From an uncultured Clostridia bacterium (GTDB lineage Bacteria > Bacillota > Clostridia > TANB77 > CAG-508), in NCBI GenBank assembly GCA_944393565.1, contig CALYAM010000004.1, forward strand, positions 12,207 through 76,206: 64,000 nt of DNA. Reading direction: 5' to 3'. The first letter of the stretch is position 1. Each line of letters starts with the position of its first letter. The notes below the pieces were generated by a model that worked only from the letters and a program-made list of their open reading frames with translations, ran no database searches and was not told the DNA's origin. Positions 1-10,921 of the stretch are shown here, piece after piece. Made by a program: the position numbers and the translations under genes.

Positions 1-37
1 AGCTTATTATATAGCACGTCCTTATAGCTTAATTCAT

Positions 38-769
38 ATGGAAAATTTTGATAATTCAAAATACGCTCTAATACATTCTATTGAATCATTGGGTACTGTT
101 GATGGTCCCGGTATACGTTTTGTACTTTTTTTTCAAGGGTGTATTTTACGTTGTAAATATTGTCATAATAGAGATACATGGACACAAAACTCTGGTACAT
201 TAATGCATGTAGATGAAATTATTGCAAAAGTAAAAAGATATAAAAATTTTATAGTGCCTTCTGGTGGTGGGGTAACTGCAACAGGTGGTGAGCCTTTGTT
301 ACAAGTAAAGTTTTTAATTGAACTTTTTTCAAAATTAAAAAAAGAAAATATACCAACTGCATTAGATACTTCTGGAATGTTTGAGTTAACAGAGGATATA
401 AAAAAAGTTCTTGAATTAACTGATTTAGTTTTGTTGGATATAAAGCATATTGTTCCTGAGAAATGCAAAAATTTAGTTGGTTTTTCAAATGAAAAGGAAT
501 TAGCATTTGCTCGTTACCTTAGTGAAAAAAATATTCCTATGTGGATAAGACAAGTAATAATACCAGGCATTACTAATGGTGAAAACGATTTGCTACTTTT
601 AAAAAAATTTTTAGCTACTTTGAATAATGTGCAAAAAATAGAACTCCTCCCATATCATAGTTTAGGTAAGTACAAATGGGAACGCCTAGGAGTAAATTAC
701 CCTTTAGAAAATGTGCCAGATGCCACATCAGAAGATATCGAAAATGCGAAAAAAATACTAGAGATTTAA
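38..769 (+). CDS. pflA: pyruvate formate-lyase activating enzyme (glycyl-radical activase, radical SAM)
   Basis: 243 aa. GPGIRFVLFFQGC-x3-C-x2-CHN cluster motif near the N-terminus, typical of PflA-type activases. Confidence 0.9.
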   Translation: MENFDNSKYALIHSIESLGTVDGPGIRFVLFFQGCILRCKYCHNRDTWTQNSGTLMHVDEIIAKVKRYKNFIVPSGGGVTATGGEPLLQVKFLIELFSKLKKENIPTALDTSGMFELTEDIKKVLELTDLVLLDIKHIVPEKCKNLVGFSNEKELAFARYLSEKNIPMWIRQVIIPGITNGENDLLLLKKFLATLNNVQKIELLPYHSLGKYKWERLGVNYPLENVPDATSEDIENAKKILEI

Positions 770-798
770 TTTTCTCTAGTATTTTTATGTATTAAGTA

Positions 799-1425
799 TT
801 AATCTTTTTCAAAATCAGGCACATGGTAAACTATTTCTTCATTGCTATTAGTTTGTGCATTAGAGTAGTTTGAAGTTGTTTGTGTTGTAATATGTTGTTC
901 TTGTCTAAACTGTTGATACTTATTTTGTTCTTTGTTTGGTTCCCATTTTTCTACCATCCCTGCAAGGGCTGAAAGTCCTAGAAACCCTAAAATTCCTAGA
1001 ATTCCCATAAGTTTTTTCCAGTCTTTACTTTTAGAATGGTATCTTCCCTCCGTATGTTTGTAGCCCGAAATTCTTTGCTGTGGATTTATACCAAGCTGTT
1101 TTATATACTCTATATCTCTTCCTGTATAGTCTGCAAGTAATTCAACTGGATCTTTCCATGGTTTGATAGTAGCCATCTCCATCCCAATTCTTCTAGCTTC
1201 TTTTAAGGTAGTTATTTGTTTAATTTGATTTCTTAGGCTTTCTTCTTGTTCTTTTTTTTCTTTTAATGTAAGTTCTGGATTGTTATCTAATTTTATTAAA
1301 CGGTCTTTTACTCTTAGTTCAAGAAATGCAATATTATTATCAATATTAGCATATGAATTATTTTTAGTGTCCTTTGCTCCTTTAATAAATGCTCGCATTT
1401 CTTGTGGAGAAAACTTAGTGTTCAT
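799..1425 (-). CDS. hypothetical membrane protein
   Basis: 208-aa ORF with one central hydrophobic segment (LMGILGILGFLGLSALAGMV). Coiled-coil-like N-terminal half, Gln/Asn/Thr-rich tail. No family recognised. Confidence 0.5.
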   Translation of the reverse strand: MNTKFSPQEMRAFIKGAKDTKNNSYANIDNNIAFLELRVKDRLIKLDNNPELTLKEKKEQEESLRNQIKQITTLKEARRIGMEMATIKPWKDPVELLADYTGRDIEYIKQLGINPQQRISGYKHTEGRYHSKSKDWKKLMGILGILGFLGLSALAGMVEKWEPNKEQNKYQQFRQEQHITTQTTSNYSNAQTNSNEEIVYHVPDFEKD

Positions 1426-1433
1426 AATTTCAT

Positions 1434-2276
1434 CTATCCTTTCACTTTATCTTTTAGTAAAAATGTTACGAAGTAAATTACTCCTGCAATTATTACAATC
1501 ATTGGGCCTGTTGGAATATCATAATAATAAGATGTAATTAAACCTGCAAGTCCTGACAAGAGAGAAATTATAATTGCAAAAAAATGATATTGTCTCATGT
1601 TTTTTGCAATATTTCTGCTAGATGCTGCCGGTAAAATAAGTAATGAGTTTATTAATAGAATTCCAATCCATCTTATTGATATCATAACTACAATTGCAAT
1701 TAATATAACAAATATATTATCCACAATTATAACATTAATTCTTTTAGATTTTGCAAACGTACTATTTACGCTTACCGCATGTAGCTTATTAAACATATTG
1801 TACCATACAACTAAAATTAATACAAATGTAAAAAATAAATAAATTATTTCATTCCAATTAATACTTAAAATGTCCCCAACTAATATATTAGAGTATTGAT
1901 TAAAACTGTTAACAGATGTTAGTATTGCAAGTCCTACTGCAATAGCGATTGATGAAAATACACTTATAATTGTATCTGCTCCATAGCTTACTTTATGTTT
2001 TACCAAATTTAGCAATATTGCAAATAATGCTGCAAAAATAATCATAGATATATTTGTATTTGTTACTCCAAATATCATTCCAATTGCAATTCCACAAATT
2101 GCAGAATGTCCTAGACTATCTGAAAAAAAAGCCATTTTGTTGTTAACAACCATAGTTCCCAGTATTGCAAAAATAGGTGTTGCAAGTATAATGGCAAGTA
2201 ATGCGTTTTTCATGAATGCGTAACTTAAAAACTCGAATGGTAATAATTCCAAAATATTATTTATTAATTCCTGCAT
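1434..2276 (-). CDS. metal (Zn/Mn-type) ABC transporter permease
   Basis: 280 aa and polytopic, resembling the ZnuB/MntB (ABC-3) family. SD AAGGAG upstream. In an operon with the ATPase and binding protein. Confidence 0.8.
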   Translation of the reverse strand: MQELINNILELLPFEFLSYAFMKNALLAIILATPIFAILGTMVVNNKMAFFSDSLGHSAICGIAIGMIFGVTNTNISMIIFAALFAILLNLVKHKVSYGADTIISVFSSIAIAVGLAILTSVNSFNQYSNILVGDILSINWNEIIYLFFTFVLILVVWYNMFNKLHAVSVNSTFAKSKRINVIIVDNIFVILIAIVVMISIRWIGILLINSLLILPAASSRNIAKNMRQYHFFAIIISLLSGLAGLITSYYYDIPTGPMIVIIAGVIYFVTFLLKDKVKG

Positions 2277-2302
2277 TTTCTACTCCTTAAATATTATATG
2301 AA

Positions 2303-3031
2303 TTATTTTTCAAATGCTTCTTTATATTCTTCGCTTAAAAAAACTTCCTCTGGTGTTCCTGTTCTTAGGATTGTTTTGTCCAGTAGAATTACTCTATCTG
2401 CATATTTTTTTACCAAATCAAAATCGTGTGATACTAGTATAATTGACATGTCATATTCTTTTTTTAGTTTGTTTATATATTCATAAAATACTTTAATTCC
2501 ATTTCTATCAATTCCTGAAACAGGTTCATCTAAAATCAATAAATTTGGCTCATTATATATGCTAATTGCAAGTAAAACTCTTTGCAATTCGCCACCTGAT
2601 AAATCGCCTATACTTTTATGTATAAGATTCTCTACTCCGAAATTTGCCAAACTATCTTTTATTTTTTTTTCTGCTTTTTTATCTATTTTTAGCCATATTG
2701 GAACTTTAGAAATAAATGATGCAAACAAGTCATATACTGTTGTTGGCATATGTTTTTCTATATTAATGCTCTGTGGTACATAGCCAATTCTCAAATGCCT
2801 TGTGATATTTTCTTTAGTATCCATAAATTCAATAGTACCTGTATGTTTTACTTCTCCTAATAATGCTTTAATTAGTGTTGTTTTTCCAGCTCCATTTTTT
2901 CCTATAAGCACGGTTAATTCTTTGCAATATATCTGAATATTTATATCTTTTAGGATTTCATCTTTCCCTAGTTTTACTCCAATATGATTAGCTTTTATGC
3001 AATGAAATCCACAAGAAATCTCTTTTCCCAT
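2303..3031 (-). CDS. metal ABC transporter ATP-binding protein
   Basis: Walker A GKNGAGKTT, signature LSGGELQR, Walker B LLILDEP. Start abuts the stop of the upstream gene. Confidence 0.9.
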   Translation of the reverse strand: MGKEISCGFHCIKANHIGVKLGKDEILKDINIQIYCKELTVLIGKNGAGKTTLIKALLGEVKHTGTIEFMDTKENITRHLRIGYVPQSINIEKHMPTTVYDLFASFISKVPIWLKIDKKAEKKIKDSLANFGVENLIHKSIGDLSGGELQRVLLAISIYNEPNLLILDEPVSGIDRNGIKVFYEYINKLKKEYDMSIILVSHDFDLVKKYADRVILLDKTILRTGTPEEVFLSEEYKEAFEK

Positions 3032-3907
3032 TTATTCCTCCATTTTTTCTACTTGTTTTAAATTTTCATTCATAATGTCTACATAGCTGTTTAGATCATC
3101 ATTTCCGGATAAGCCTGCTTTCATTATATATATTTTAGCGTTTGTTTCACTTGCAATAACTTGTGCATTATTATCTGGAGTATTTTCATCTAAAATAATA
3201 TTTTTTATATTATTATTTTTTATATATTCTATTGTATCACTTAACTTTTCTGCTGAAATTCCATTGTGCTCATGTTCTGCTGTTATTGTTTTTATTTCAA
3301 GGTTCATTGAATTAGATAAATACTCTAATGATTCACTAAAAGACACACATTTTTTCCTTTGTTTAGTTAGTTCTTTAATCCTTTTACTTAGTTCTTTTAT
3401 TTTTTCTTGGTAAATTTGTGAGTTTTCCAAGTATTTGCTTGAATTTTCTTCATCTATACTAGCAAGTTTATTTGCAATATTTTCTATTTGTTTCATATAA
3501 TTTTCAATGTCAAGCCAAACATGTGCATTTGTTATGTTATTTTCTTTAATTAAATTTGTAATATTACTACTTGCGTTAATTATTTTCATTTCTGGATAGT
3601 TATCTGTTATTGTTGTTGTAAAGTTTTCTATTCCCAAGCCATTTATAATAAAGACATCTGCTTTTTCTATTTTTACCAAATCAGATGTTTTTAATGTATA
3701 ATCATGCAAGCATCCTATGCTTTGATCTGCCATATTATTTACTTCTATATTTGGAATTCCCTGTACTAGATTTTTAGCAATAATATACATAGGATAAAAT
3801 GATGTAACAATTGTAAACTCTGAATCTGTTTTTTCCATTTGTTTGCATCCTGTTAATGTTATAATTAGAAAAAGCATAATTATCATGCATGCTATTATTT
3901 TTTTCAT
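3032..3907 (-). CDS. metal ABC transporter substrate-binding lipoprotein (ZnuA/TroA-like)
   Basis: Lipobox LTGC after the signal peptide MKKIIACMIIMLFLII. SD AAGGAG 7 nt upstream of the ATG at 3907; the ORF track starts earlier, at 3934. Cluster-9-like SBP layout. Confidence 0.8.
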   Translation of the reverse strand: MKKIIACMIIMLFLIITLTGCKQMEKTDSEFTIVTSFYPMYIIAKNLVQGIPNIEVNNMADQSIGCLHDYTLKTSDLVKIEKADVFIINGLGIENFTTTITDNYPEMKIINASSNITNLIKENNITNAHVWLDIENYMKQIENIANKLASIDEENSSKYLENSQIYQEKIKELSKRIKELTKQRKKCVSFSESLEYLSNSMNLEIKTITAEHEHNGISAEKLSDTIEYIKNNNIKNIILDENTPDNNAQVIASETNAKIYIMKAGLSGNDDLNSYVDIMNENLKQVEKMEE

Positions 3908-4006
3908 GATTAATCTCCTTAGAATATGTCCCATAATATGAGTTGAACCCTACTTATTAAACATTCTCTCGTTTAATAATTCGGGTCCTTGCTTTTAATT
4001 ATACTA

Positions 4007-4288
4007 TTAGTTTTGTATAAATGGAAGAACTGCAATATGTCTTGCTCTTTTTACTGCTAATGTAATATCTCTTTGATGTTTTGCACAAGCACCTGTTGCT
4101 CTTCTTGGTAATATTTTTCCCTTATCGCTAACAAACTTTTTTAATTGTTCTGCATTTTTAAAGTCAAGAACTAAATCTTTATTGCTACACAAAGGGCAAA
4201 CTTTCTTTCTTACCTTACGAAATTTTGGATTAAAATCATCATCCATATTGTTTCTATTTTTTCTATTGTTTTGTTTTTTATCTGACAT
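4007..4288 (-). CDS. rpsR: 30S ribosomal protein S18
   Basis: Basic 93-aa protein, conserved ...[15 protein letters not shown].... Canonical rpsF-ssb-rpsR order. Confidence 0.95.
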   Translation of the reverse strand: MSDKKQNNRKNRNNMDDDFNPKFRKVRKKVCPLCSNKDLVLDFKNAEQLKKFVSDKGKILPRRATGACAKHQRDITLAVKRARHIAVLPFIQN

Positions 4289-4309
4289 TTTATTTCCCCC
4301 CCTGTCTTT

Positions 4310-4726
4310 TTAGAATGGTAAATCATCATCTGATGAAACAAAAAATTCTGAATTAGAAGCTACATCTGTTCCAAATGTATTTTCAAAATTTGAAGTGGCT
4401 CCATCTCGTTTGCTATCTGCAAAATACGCCTCTTCAGCAACTACTTCTGTAATATAATGCTTTACTTTGTTTTCGTCTTCCCAGTTTCTTGTTTGGATTC
4501 TTCCTATTACACCTACTTGTTGGCCCTTTTTAAAATATTTACTACAAAATTCTCCTAGTTTGCTCCATGCTACAATTGGAATGAAATCTGCTTGTCTTTC
4601 TTCTCCTTGTCTTGTAAATCTGCGATTTACTGCTAGAGTGAAAGAAGATATTAGTGTATTGTTAGTTTGAGTGTATCTTGTTTCTGGATCTCTTGTAAGT
4701 CTTCCCATTAAAATAATTTTATTCAT
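4310..4726 (-). CDS. ssb: single-stranded DNA-binding protein
   Basis: OB-fold N-terminus MNKIILMGRLTRDPE and acidic C-terminal tip DDDLPF. Confidence 0.95.
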   Translation of the reverse strand: MNKIILMGRLTRDPETRYTQTNNTLISSFTLAVNRRFTRQGEERQADFIPIVAWSKLGEFCSKYFKKGQQVGVIGRIQTRNWEDENKVKHYITEVVAEEAYFADSKRDGATSNFENTFGTDVASNSEFFVSSDDDLPF

Positions 4727-4769
4727 ATTTCTTCCACCTTTCTCTTTTATAAGACCACTCTTGATTCTT

Positions 4770-5054
4770 TTAGTTTTCTTGTTTTACTACTATGAACTTG
4801 ATTACTTCATCTGTAATACGATAAATTCTTTCAAGTTCTGCTATAAATGAAGGTTCTGCCTCAAAATTAAATACCACATAGTAACCTTCATTTTGTTTTT
4901 TTATTGGATAAGCTAATTTTTTGCTTCCCATTTCATTAACATTTTCTACTTTACCATGCTCATTAATTAAGCTAGAGAATTTTTCAATTATTGCTTTTAT
5001 TTTGCTTTCCTCTAAACTTGAATTAATAATGATAACACTTTCGTATTTATTCAT
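4770..5054 (-). CDS. rpsF: 30S ribosomal protein S6
   Basis: 94 aa, MNKYESVIIIN...YYVVFNFEA, first gene of the rpsF-ssb-rpsR cluster. Confidence 0.95.
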   Translation of the reverse strand: MNKYESVIIINSSLEESKIKAIIEKFSSLINEHGKVENVNEMGSKKLAYPIKKQNEGYYVVFNFEAEPSFIAELERIYRITDEVIKFIVVKQEN

Positions 5055-5110
5055 TATAATTCACCTCCTTTTGGTTATTAATAACCCATATTTCTATGAG
5101 TAAGGACAAA

Positions 5111-5140
5111 AATAGCAATGCTATTTTTAACATTGCTATT
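5111..5140 (-). terminator. rho-independent terminator after the pilin-like gene
   Basis: 10-bp perfect stem AATAGCAATG/CATTGCTATT, followed on the minus strand by TTTTTGT. Confidence 0.6.
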
Positions 5141-5202
5141 GTAGCATATTTTTCCTTATTTTTCAAGATATTTTCTAATTTATTTTATATTATAAAAATA
5201 GA

Positions 5203-7017
5203 TTAGTATTTATAACCACACTTCGAACATACATCGCCATTTTCTGATGAGACTCTATCATGTGTTTCTGTTTTGTACCCTCCACAAATTGTACATCTAC
5301 CACTATGAGTAGTATTATTAATTTCTTGCCAACTCGTAATTTCATGATATGCTATATTTGTTTTTCCACAAACAGTACAATTCCTACTATGTTGATTATT
5401 ATTAACCCTTGCCCATGATCCATATGAGTGGTTTGCTGTATTTATTGCAGAACATACTGAACAGATTCTTTTATGTGTTTGTCCTTCTGATTCTTGGTAT
5501 GTGCTCCATGTGTGTGCAGCTGTCTGAAGTCTATTGCATAAACTGCATGTCCTTCCATGCATATTTGTGTCTATATTATAAAATCCACTCCATGAATGGT
5601 TTGTAGTTTGCTTTGCTCCACATCCAGAACATGTTCTTACATGTGTGTTGTCATCTGAACTAGTATAATCAGACCATGTGTGTTCCAAAATATTTGCATA
5701 TGAACATTCAGAACAAATCTGTTTATGTGTATTTGAGTTTGCATAAATAAATTTTCCATAATTATGATTAGTAATTACCTTGGCTTTGCACAGCAAACAC
5801 TCTTTTTGATGTTGCGTATTATTTATGCTAGAACCTACACCAAATGTATGTGATGCATTCTCTGTTGCTCCACATCCTGAGCATATTCTTGTATGTGTAT
5901 TATCATCAATTTTTATGTAATTTTCCCATGTATGGTTTGCAGTTTCTGTAAGTCCACAAGAGCAACTTCTTTTATGCTGTGTACTATTTAAATTTGTCCA
6001 CTCTCCCATATTATGCGTATGTGGAGGTGTTGGAATATTAACTGCATTTACTAAAATCTCAGAGGTATTTCCCAATTTATCATACATAATTACTTTTGCT
6101 TGGTAACTTCCACTTTGATTTTGGTGATCTGATATTTCTATTCTACTATACCAGTTTCCGTCATCTTGGTATGTCATTTGCTTTCTTACTAGATCATCCG
6201 TACCACCACTAGTTGTCCATACTTCAATCTCTACTTTTTCTACTCCAGCTATGTCAGTAACATTATAAATATTTATATCATAACCTGCAGTTGTAATATT
6301 ATTTGTTTCATAGTTATCATATGTAGGTCCTTGTGTGTCAATATTTGTAACCGGAACTACAATTGATGCTCTCTCTCCTGTATTTTTTACTGTTGATATA
6401 AATTCATATTCTCCATTTTCAGTTACTTTATAATATTCTTCTGCTTTTTTGGTTCCATCTTCATATGTTCTTCCTGTATTATTTGGGTAAATTACATTTT
6501 CAAGGCCATTTGTTATTTCTTCAATAATTAAATGTATAGTAGCCTCTTTAGTTGGTTCTGCTGGTTCTATAATATAGTCGAAATTAATCGTTGTTTCTAT
6601 TATAGTATAATCTTCTGGTAATCTATAATATATTGTTCCCTCAAGTTCAACTCCATCTGGAAAATATATAGTGTGTGTCCCCTCATTTATAATATAAGTA
6701 CCTGCACTCGAAGTTAATGATAAATTTTCAATTGCGTTTAAATCAATTGTATAGTAATTGCCATAATCATTTGGATTTAATACATTTGTTGGAATTTTAC
6801 TTATCTGTGTATACTCATTTTTAATTGGCAATTTTCCATACTTTTGATAATATATATTTACCTGTTCACTTAATATTCTTAAATTGTTATACATGTTATC
6901 TAGTTTTTGATTGTTTGATTGATTCACAACATAAAAAGTTATAGTTGACAGTATAATTAGCATTACAATTATTGCAATTCCCATTGTAAGCAGTGTAACC
7001 CCTTGTTGTTTTGCCAT
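5203..7017 (-). CDS. large secreted or surface protein: prepilin-like N-terminus, Bsp-like/Ig-like middle, nine tandem His/Cys (HCCH) modules at the C-terminus
   Basis: SD GGGAGGTG 6 nt upstream of the ATG at 7017. N-terminus MAKQQG/VTLLTMGIAIIVMLIIL is a class-III-like signal without Glu+5. VEKVEIEVWTTSGGTDDL...GSYQAKVIMYD resembles the GBS Bsp-like repeat. The C-terminal 272 aa hold 9 copies of H-x3-C-x1-2-C-x7-H-x-[WFY]. Confidence 0.75.
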   Translation of the reverse strand: MAKQQGVTLLTMGIAIIVMLIILSTITFYVVNQSNNQKLDNMYNNLRILSEQVNIYYQKYGKLPIKNEYTQISKIPTNVLNPNDYGNYYTIDLNAIENLSLTSSAGTYIINEGTHTIYFPDGVELEGTIYYRLPEDYTIIETTINFDYIIEPAEPTKEATIHLIIEEITNGLENVIYPNNTGRTYEDGTKKAEEYYKVTENGEYEFISTVKNTGERASIVVPVTNIDTQGPTYDNYETNNITTAGYDINIYNVTDIAGVEKVEIEVWTTSGGTDDLVRKQMTYQDDGNWYSRIEISDHQNQSGSYQAKVIMYDKLGNTSEILVNAVNIPTPPHTHNMGEWTNLNSTQHKRSCSCGLTETANHTWENYIKIDDNTHTRICSGCGATENASHTFGVGSSINNTQHQKECLLCKAKVITNHNYGKFIYANSNTHKQICSECSYANILEHTWSDYTSSDDNTHVRTCSGCGAKQTTNHSWSGFYNIDTNMHGRTCSLCNRLQTAAHTWSTYQESEGQTHKRICSVCSAINTANHSYGSWARVNNNQHSRNCTVCGKTNIAYHEITSWQEINNTTHSGRCTICGGYKTETHDRVSSENGDVCSKCGYKY

Positions 7018-7112
7018 TAAAAGCACCTCCCATTTTCTTTTGTTTGATATCTATTATTTTCCCACTTTTTTGTGCTTTCGTCAACTATTGTAAAGTGTTA
7101 TTTTGTTTTTAT

Positions 7113-7743
7113 TTATAAAACTATTTTTTCTGTATTTTGTTTTATAATTTTACGTACTCTTTCTTTCAGTTTATGTTTTTTGTTTTCTGAAATTCTGATA
7201 AACCACAAATATGCAATAATAAAAAAAATAGCTATGTTCTTTATGTATATAATTCCTATGCTAGACAATACTGTTAATAGTATTGTAACAAAGTTTGATG
7301 TCTTATTTATAACGTCTTCTGTAATTCCTCGTGAATAAAATTTGCATAAAACTGCACTTAACATTTGACCCCCATCTAGTGGGAAAATTGGTAATAAATT
7401 AAATATTCCTATTAATAAATTAGCATAAATTATAGTTTCTTTTAGGGCAAATTGCGGAAAAGGCAATAAAATTATAGCTAAAATAAAATTTATAGATGGT
7501 CCTGCAAGTGCAACTAAAAATCTTATTTTTTCTGTTTTATATGGAGTAGTAAATAAAATTGATACTCCGCATTGGCATTATTTTTATCATTTTAGCTTTA
7601 AGCCCTAAGCATAGTCCCATTGCTAGGTGCCCAAGTTCATGTAAAAGGCTAAAAGTAAGTATCAGCAAATATATTGTGCTTTGATTAGTAAATAAAAATA
7701 ATAATATAAAAATAAAAATTTTAAAATCAATTTTTATATTCAT
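7113..7743 (-). CDS. site-2 (M50) metalloprotease, SpoIVFB-like; needs a +1 shift at an in-frame CGG (7567-7569)
   Basis: HELGH zinc motif in the upstream ORF (7537..7743); AGPSINF and NLLPIFPLDGG motifs in the downstream frame. Skipping the C of ATG-CGG-A gives a continuous ...KIMPMGVSILF...LAGPSINF.... Confidence 0.8.
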
Positions 7744-7786
7744 TTGGTCTCCTTTTTAACTAATATTCAATTTTATAGTTATAATA

Positions 7787-8672
7787 TTAAAACTCCAATA
7801 AATCATCTGGATTTACTAATCTGTCAGACTTCCTTATTTCAAAATGCAAATGAGGTCCAGTAACATTTCCTGTTGCTCCAACTTCTCCAAGTTCTTGTCC
7901 TTGTGTAATTATATCTCCTTCATTTACATATATTTTGTTACAATGTGCATATAAAGTAATTACATCATCTTTTTGAATTTTTAAATGATTTCCGAAAGTC
8001 TCCTTCTGAAGAAACTTGTACAACAGTTCCAGCCATTGAAGCTATAAATACAGTTCCCGTGTTTGCTGCTATATCTATTCCAGTATGATATTTTGGTACC
8101 GTTTCTGTTGTTGGATTTCTAACACCAAATCTTGATGTGATTGTTCCCTCTAAAGGTTTTATAAGAGAATACTTTTCATTTATTTCTTTTGCGTCATTTG
8201 CTGTTTGGCTTATGCTGCTACTATCTTCTGCAGTTGCTAGTATTGGCATATTTGTTTCAGGAAGTATGTTTTGACTTTCTTCTATTATATTTAATGTTGT
8301 ATTACCCATAATGTTATTTTCTGTCTGATTACTTATATTATTTTTCATGTCTTTTTCATAAAATGCTACAAACCAATTTTTAATCTCCTTATATTTTTCG
8401 GTTACATTAATATCATATGTTAATAAATCTTTTGATTTTGCCAAAAAATCTTCTGAGAATATGTAATTGCTATTTTTTATTAGGTAAAATATTGAATAAA
8501 TACATAAGCAAATAGCAATTTGCAAAAACATTTTTCTAAACAAGGAAAAATCTTTTGGCCCTTCACTTACATTTACTCTTGCTTGGTTTATTCTGTTGCT
8601 TGAATTTCTTCTTTTTTGATAGATTTCTTCTGCTCTTCTAATTCTTTCATCTGGACTCAGTGTGCGTTCCAT
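7787..8672 (-). CDS. M23/LytM-family peptidase, SpoIVFA-like position; needs a +1 shift at an in-frame CGG (7992-7994)
   Basis: HTGIDIAA in the upstream ORF and GNHLKI...YAHC...GATGNVTGPHLHFEI in the downstream ORF. Skipping the C of TTT-CGG-A joins ...SSEGDFGNHLKIQKDD.... N-terminal TM segment. Confidence 0.8.
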
Positions 8673-8744
8673 AAAAAAAACACCTCTTCCTTTGTAGCTT
8701 TATACAATATATGCCTTGAAGAAATGTTTTATTCTTAAATATTT

Positions 8745-9074
8745 TTAAAAAATAATCGTTGCGATCCAGGCAATGATTATCCCAAATGTAGTCCATTTTA
8801 ATCTATTATATTTTCTTTGCATTACCTTGTCTGGTTTTTTAAATCTTGATTTATTAGCATTTTCCATCTTAGAAATATAGGTGTTTACTACCATCTCCGC
8901 TTCTTTTAAAATATAATCTTTTTCATTGATTTTTATATCTACATGTTCTTTACTTTTCTCTATATGTTCTGGCAACTTTGTTTTATTATGTTTTAATACA
9001 ACAATAGCTTCTTCAACTAAATTAGATGGCAAATTTTTAAGAACAATTATATTTTTCATTTTATTATCATCCAT
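8745..9074 (-). CDS. hypothetical protein with a C-terminal TM segment
   Basis: 109-aa ORF with SD GGAGGAG upstream and a hydrophobic tail WTTFGIIIAWIATIIF. Confidence 0.45.
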   Translation of the reverse strand: MDDNKMKNIIVLKNLPSNLVEEAIVVLKHNKTKLPEHIEKSKEHVDIKINEKDYILKEAEMVVNTYISKMENANKSRFKKPDKVMQRKYNRLKWTTFGIIIAWIATIIF

Positions 9075-9139
9075 TTAATTCTCCTCCTAGAAATTCTTTT
9101 ATTTACATTTTTTCCAGAATTCCTAGAAATATACAATAT

Positions 9140-9716
9140 TTAATTTTCACATTCAATTGAACTGTATATTCCTATTGCTACCGTCTGTGCCATTTGCATA
9201 ACAATTCCTAGATTTGTATTTTGCAACATTCTTAAATTATGTCTAGAATTCCCCATATTTTTTGCAACAATACCTCTAATACTCATATCACCTACAATCA
9301 TTCTGTTTCTTCCAACACCTCTTCCTATACATAATCCACCTTCTGATACGACTATTTTCCCAACATGTTCTTTTGCCGATAGTGCGGAATCAATTGCTAT
9401 TATGAAAGGATTAGTATGTTTTTTTCTTATATAGTTTATAGCTGAATATATATTATTATGGCACACAGGATTGTTTAAATCTCCTATTATTTCTATATTC
9501 TTATCATCAAATAGGTCTTTTAATTTATAACCAACAATAGGTCCGAAAAGCATCTCCTGTTATTCTGTCTGTTCCTATGCATAAAAAGATAATATTTGAA
9601 TATGTCTTGTTTTCAGTAACTTTACAGATAATATTGCTAAAATCAGAAATAAATTGTTCTTTTTCTTCTCCGCATTTTTGCCCTCCTGCTAAAATATATG
9701 CAATAATTACAATCAT
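9140..9716 (-). CDS. yyaC: sporulation protein YyaC family (DUF1256); needs a +1 shift at an in-frame CGG (9543-9545)
   Basis: CIGTDRITGDAF in ORF 9525..9716 and GPIVGYKL... in ORF 9140..9553. Skipping the C of TTT-CGG-A restores the family motif GTDRxTGDxxGPxxG. Confidence 0.75.
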
Positions 9717-9961
9717 ATTCGTTTATTTGGGGCTATTATAATGCGTATTTCTTGATTTGTTTTGTACTTTTTTATTATGTCTTCTGAAAAGCTAGCTACT
9801 TCGTTGCTTAAAAAAATTGTTTTATAATCTTTATTTACCATTTTTGCAATTATCTTATCTGTCTTTTCTAAGTCATCTATATTATATATTTTCATTCCAA
9901 GTTTTTGAAAAAATTTAAAACCGTCAATATCAGCTTTAGATTTAATAAATATAAATTTCAA
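9713..9961 (-). CDS. small hypothetical protein, weakly V-ATPase subunit-F-like
   Basis: 82-aa ORF overlapping the yyaC start by 4 nt (ATGA), suggesting translational coupling. The family call is tentative. Confidence 0.35.
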   Translation of the reverse strand: MKFIFIKSKADIDGFKFFQKLGMKIYNIDDLEKTDKIIAKMVNKDYKTIFLSNEVASFSEDIIKKYKTNQEIRIIIAPNKRI

Positions 9962-10151
9962 ATTGATTCACCTATTTTTATTGTTTTCGATTATTGTTTT
10001 TTTATTCCTAAGGTATAATGTCAAATCTTATGCAAAGTGCAAAAATCTCTTTACAAAAATTTTTCTTACATCTTTAGCTTAAACTGTATTTATTCAAATT
10101 CTAAAGCAATATGTATATATTAGTTATTTCAAAACGTTGCTTTTTCAATAC

Positions 10152-10195
10152 AAAAAAAGAAAATGCTATTTTTTGAGCATCTTCTTTTTTTTTAT
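10152..10195 (-). terminator. candidate terminator after deoD
   Basis: Imperfect stem AGAAGATGCT/AGCATTTTCT followed by a T-run on the minus strand. Confidence 0.4.
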
Positions 10196-10205
10196 TAAAT
10201 AAACG

Positions 10206-10916
10206 TCAACTTTTTGTTGTAGCTTCCATAGCTAATTTTATCATTTGGTTTAATGAAGTTTGCCTTTGCATTGGCGTTAGCTCTGTCTCCTTGTGTCCAA
10301 TAATATCTGAAACTGTTAAAATACAAGCTGCTTTTTTTCCAAGTGCTTTTGCATTAGCAAATAACGCAAAGCTTTCCATCTCAACAGCTAAACAGTTATG
10401 TTCCATTGGTTTTTCTATATTTTCTTCATTTGTTTTATAGAAAGCATCACTGCATAATACTGTTCCTTCATGTATCTTTATGTTTGCTTCCAGTGCTGCA
10501 TCTCTTATTTTTTGGTTTAGTCTTTCATCTGCATTTATTGTGTCTTCTTCAATTCCACTTTGTATCTTAGCATATGTTGATTTGCTATATGAATTAGTTA
10601 CTAATAACACATCTAATATTGAAAGTGCCTTGTCATATGCTCCTGCTGTGCCAATACGAATAATTTCCTCTACTTTGTAAAAATTATATAGTTCATAAGA
10701 ATATATACCCATGCTAGGAATTCCCATTCCTGAAGCCATTATGGTAATTAGTTTTTTACGATACTTTCCCGTATAAGCATACATGTTTCGCACTGAATTT
10801 ACAAGTGTTGCATCCTCTAAAAATTGTTCTGCAATATATTTTGCCCTTAAAGGATCTCCTGGCATGAGAACAGTGCTTGCGATTTGTTCTTTTTTTGCTT
10901 CTATGTGAGGTGTCAT
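10206..10916 (-). CDS. deoD: purine nucleoside phosphorylase, DeoD type
   Basis: MTPHIEAKKEQIA...LMPGDPLRAKYIAE...GMGIPS...VEMES. SD AAGGAGTG upstream of the ATG at 10916; the longer track ORF start is unlikely. Confidence 0.9.
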   Translation of the reverse strand: MTPHIEAKKEQIASTVLMPGDPLRAKYIAEQFLEDATLVNSVRNMYAYTGKYRKKLITIMASGMGIPSMGIYSYELYNFYKVEEIIRIGTAGAYDKALSILDVLLVTNSYSKSTYAKIQSGIEEDTINADERLNQKIRDAALEANIKIHEGTVLCSDAFYKTNEENIEKPMEHNCLAVEMESFALFANAKALGKKAACILTVSDIIGHKETELTPMQRQTSLNQMIKLAMEATTKS

Positions 10917-10921
10917 TTTTT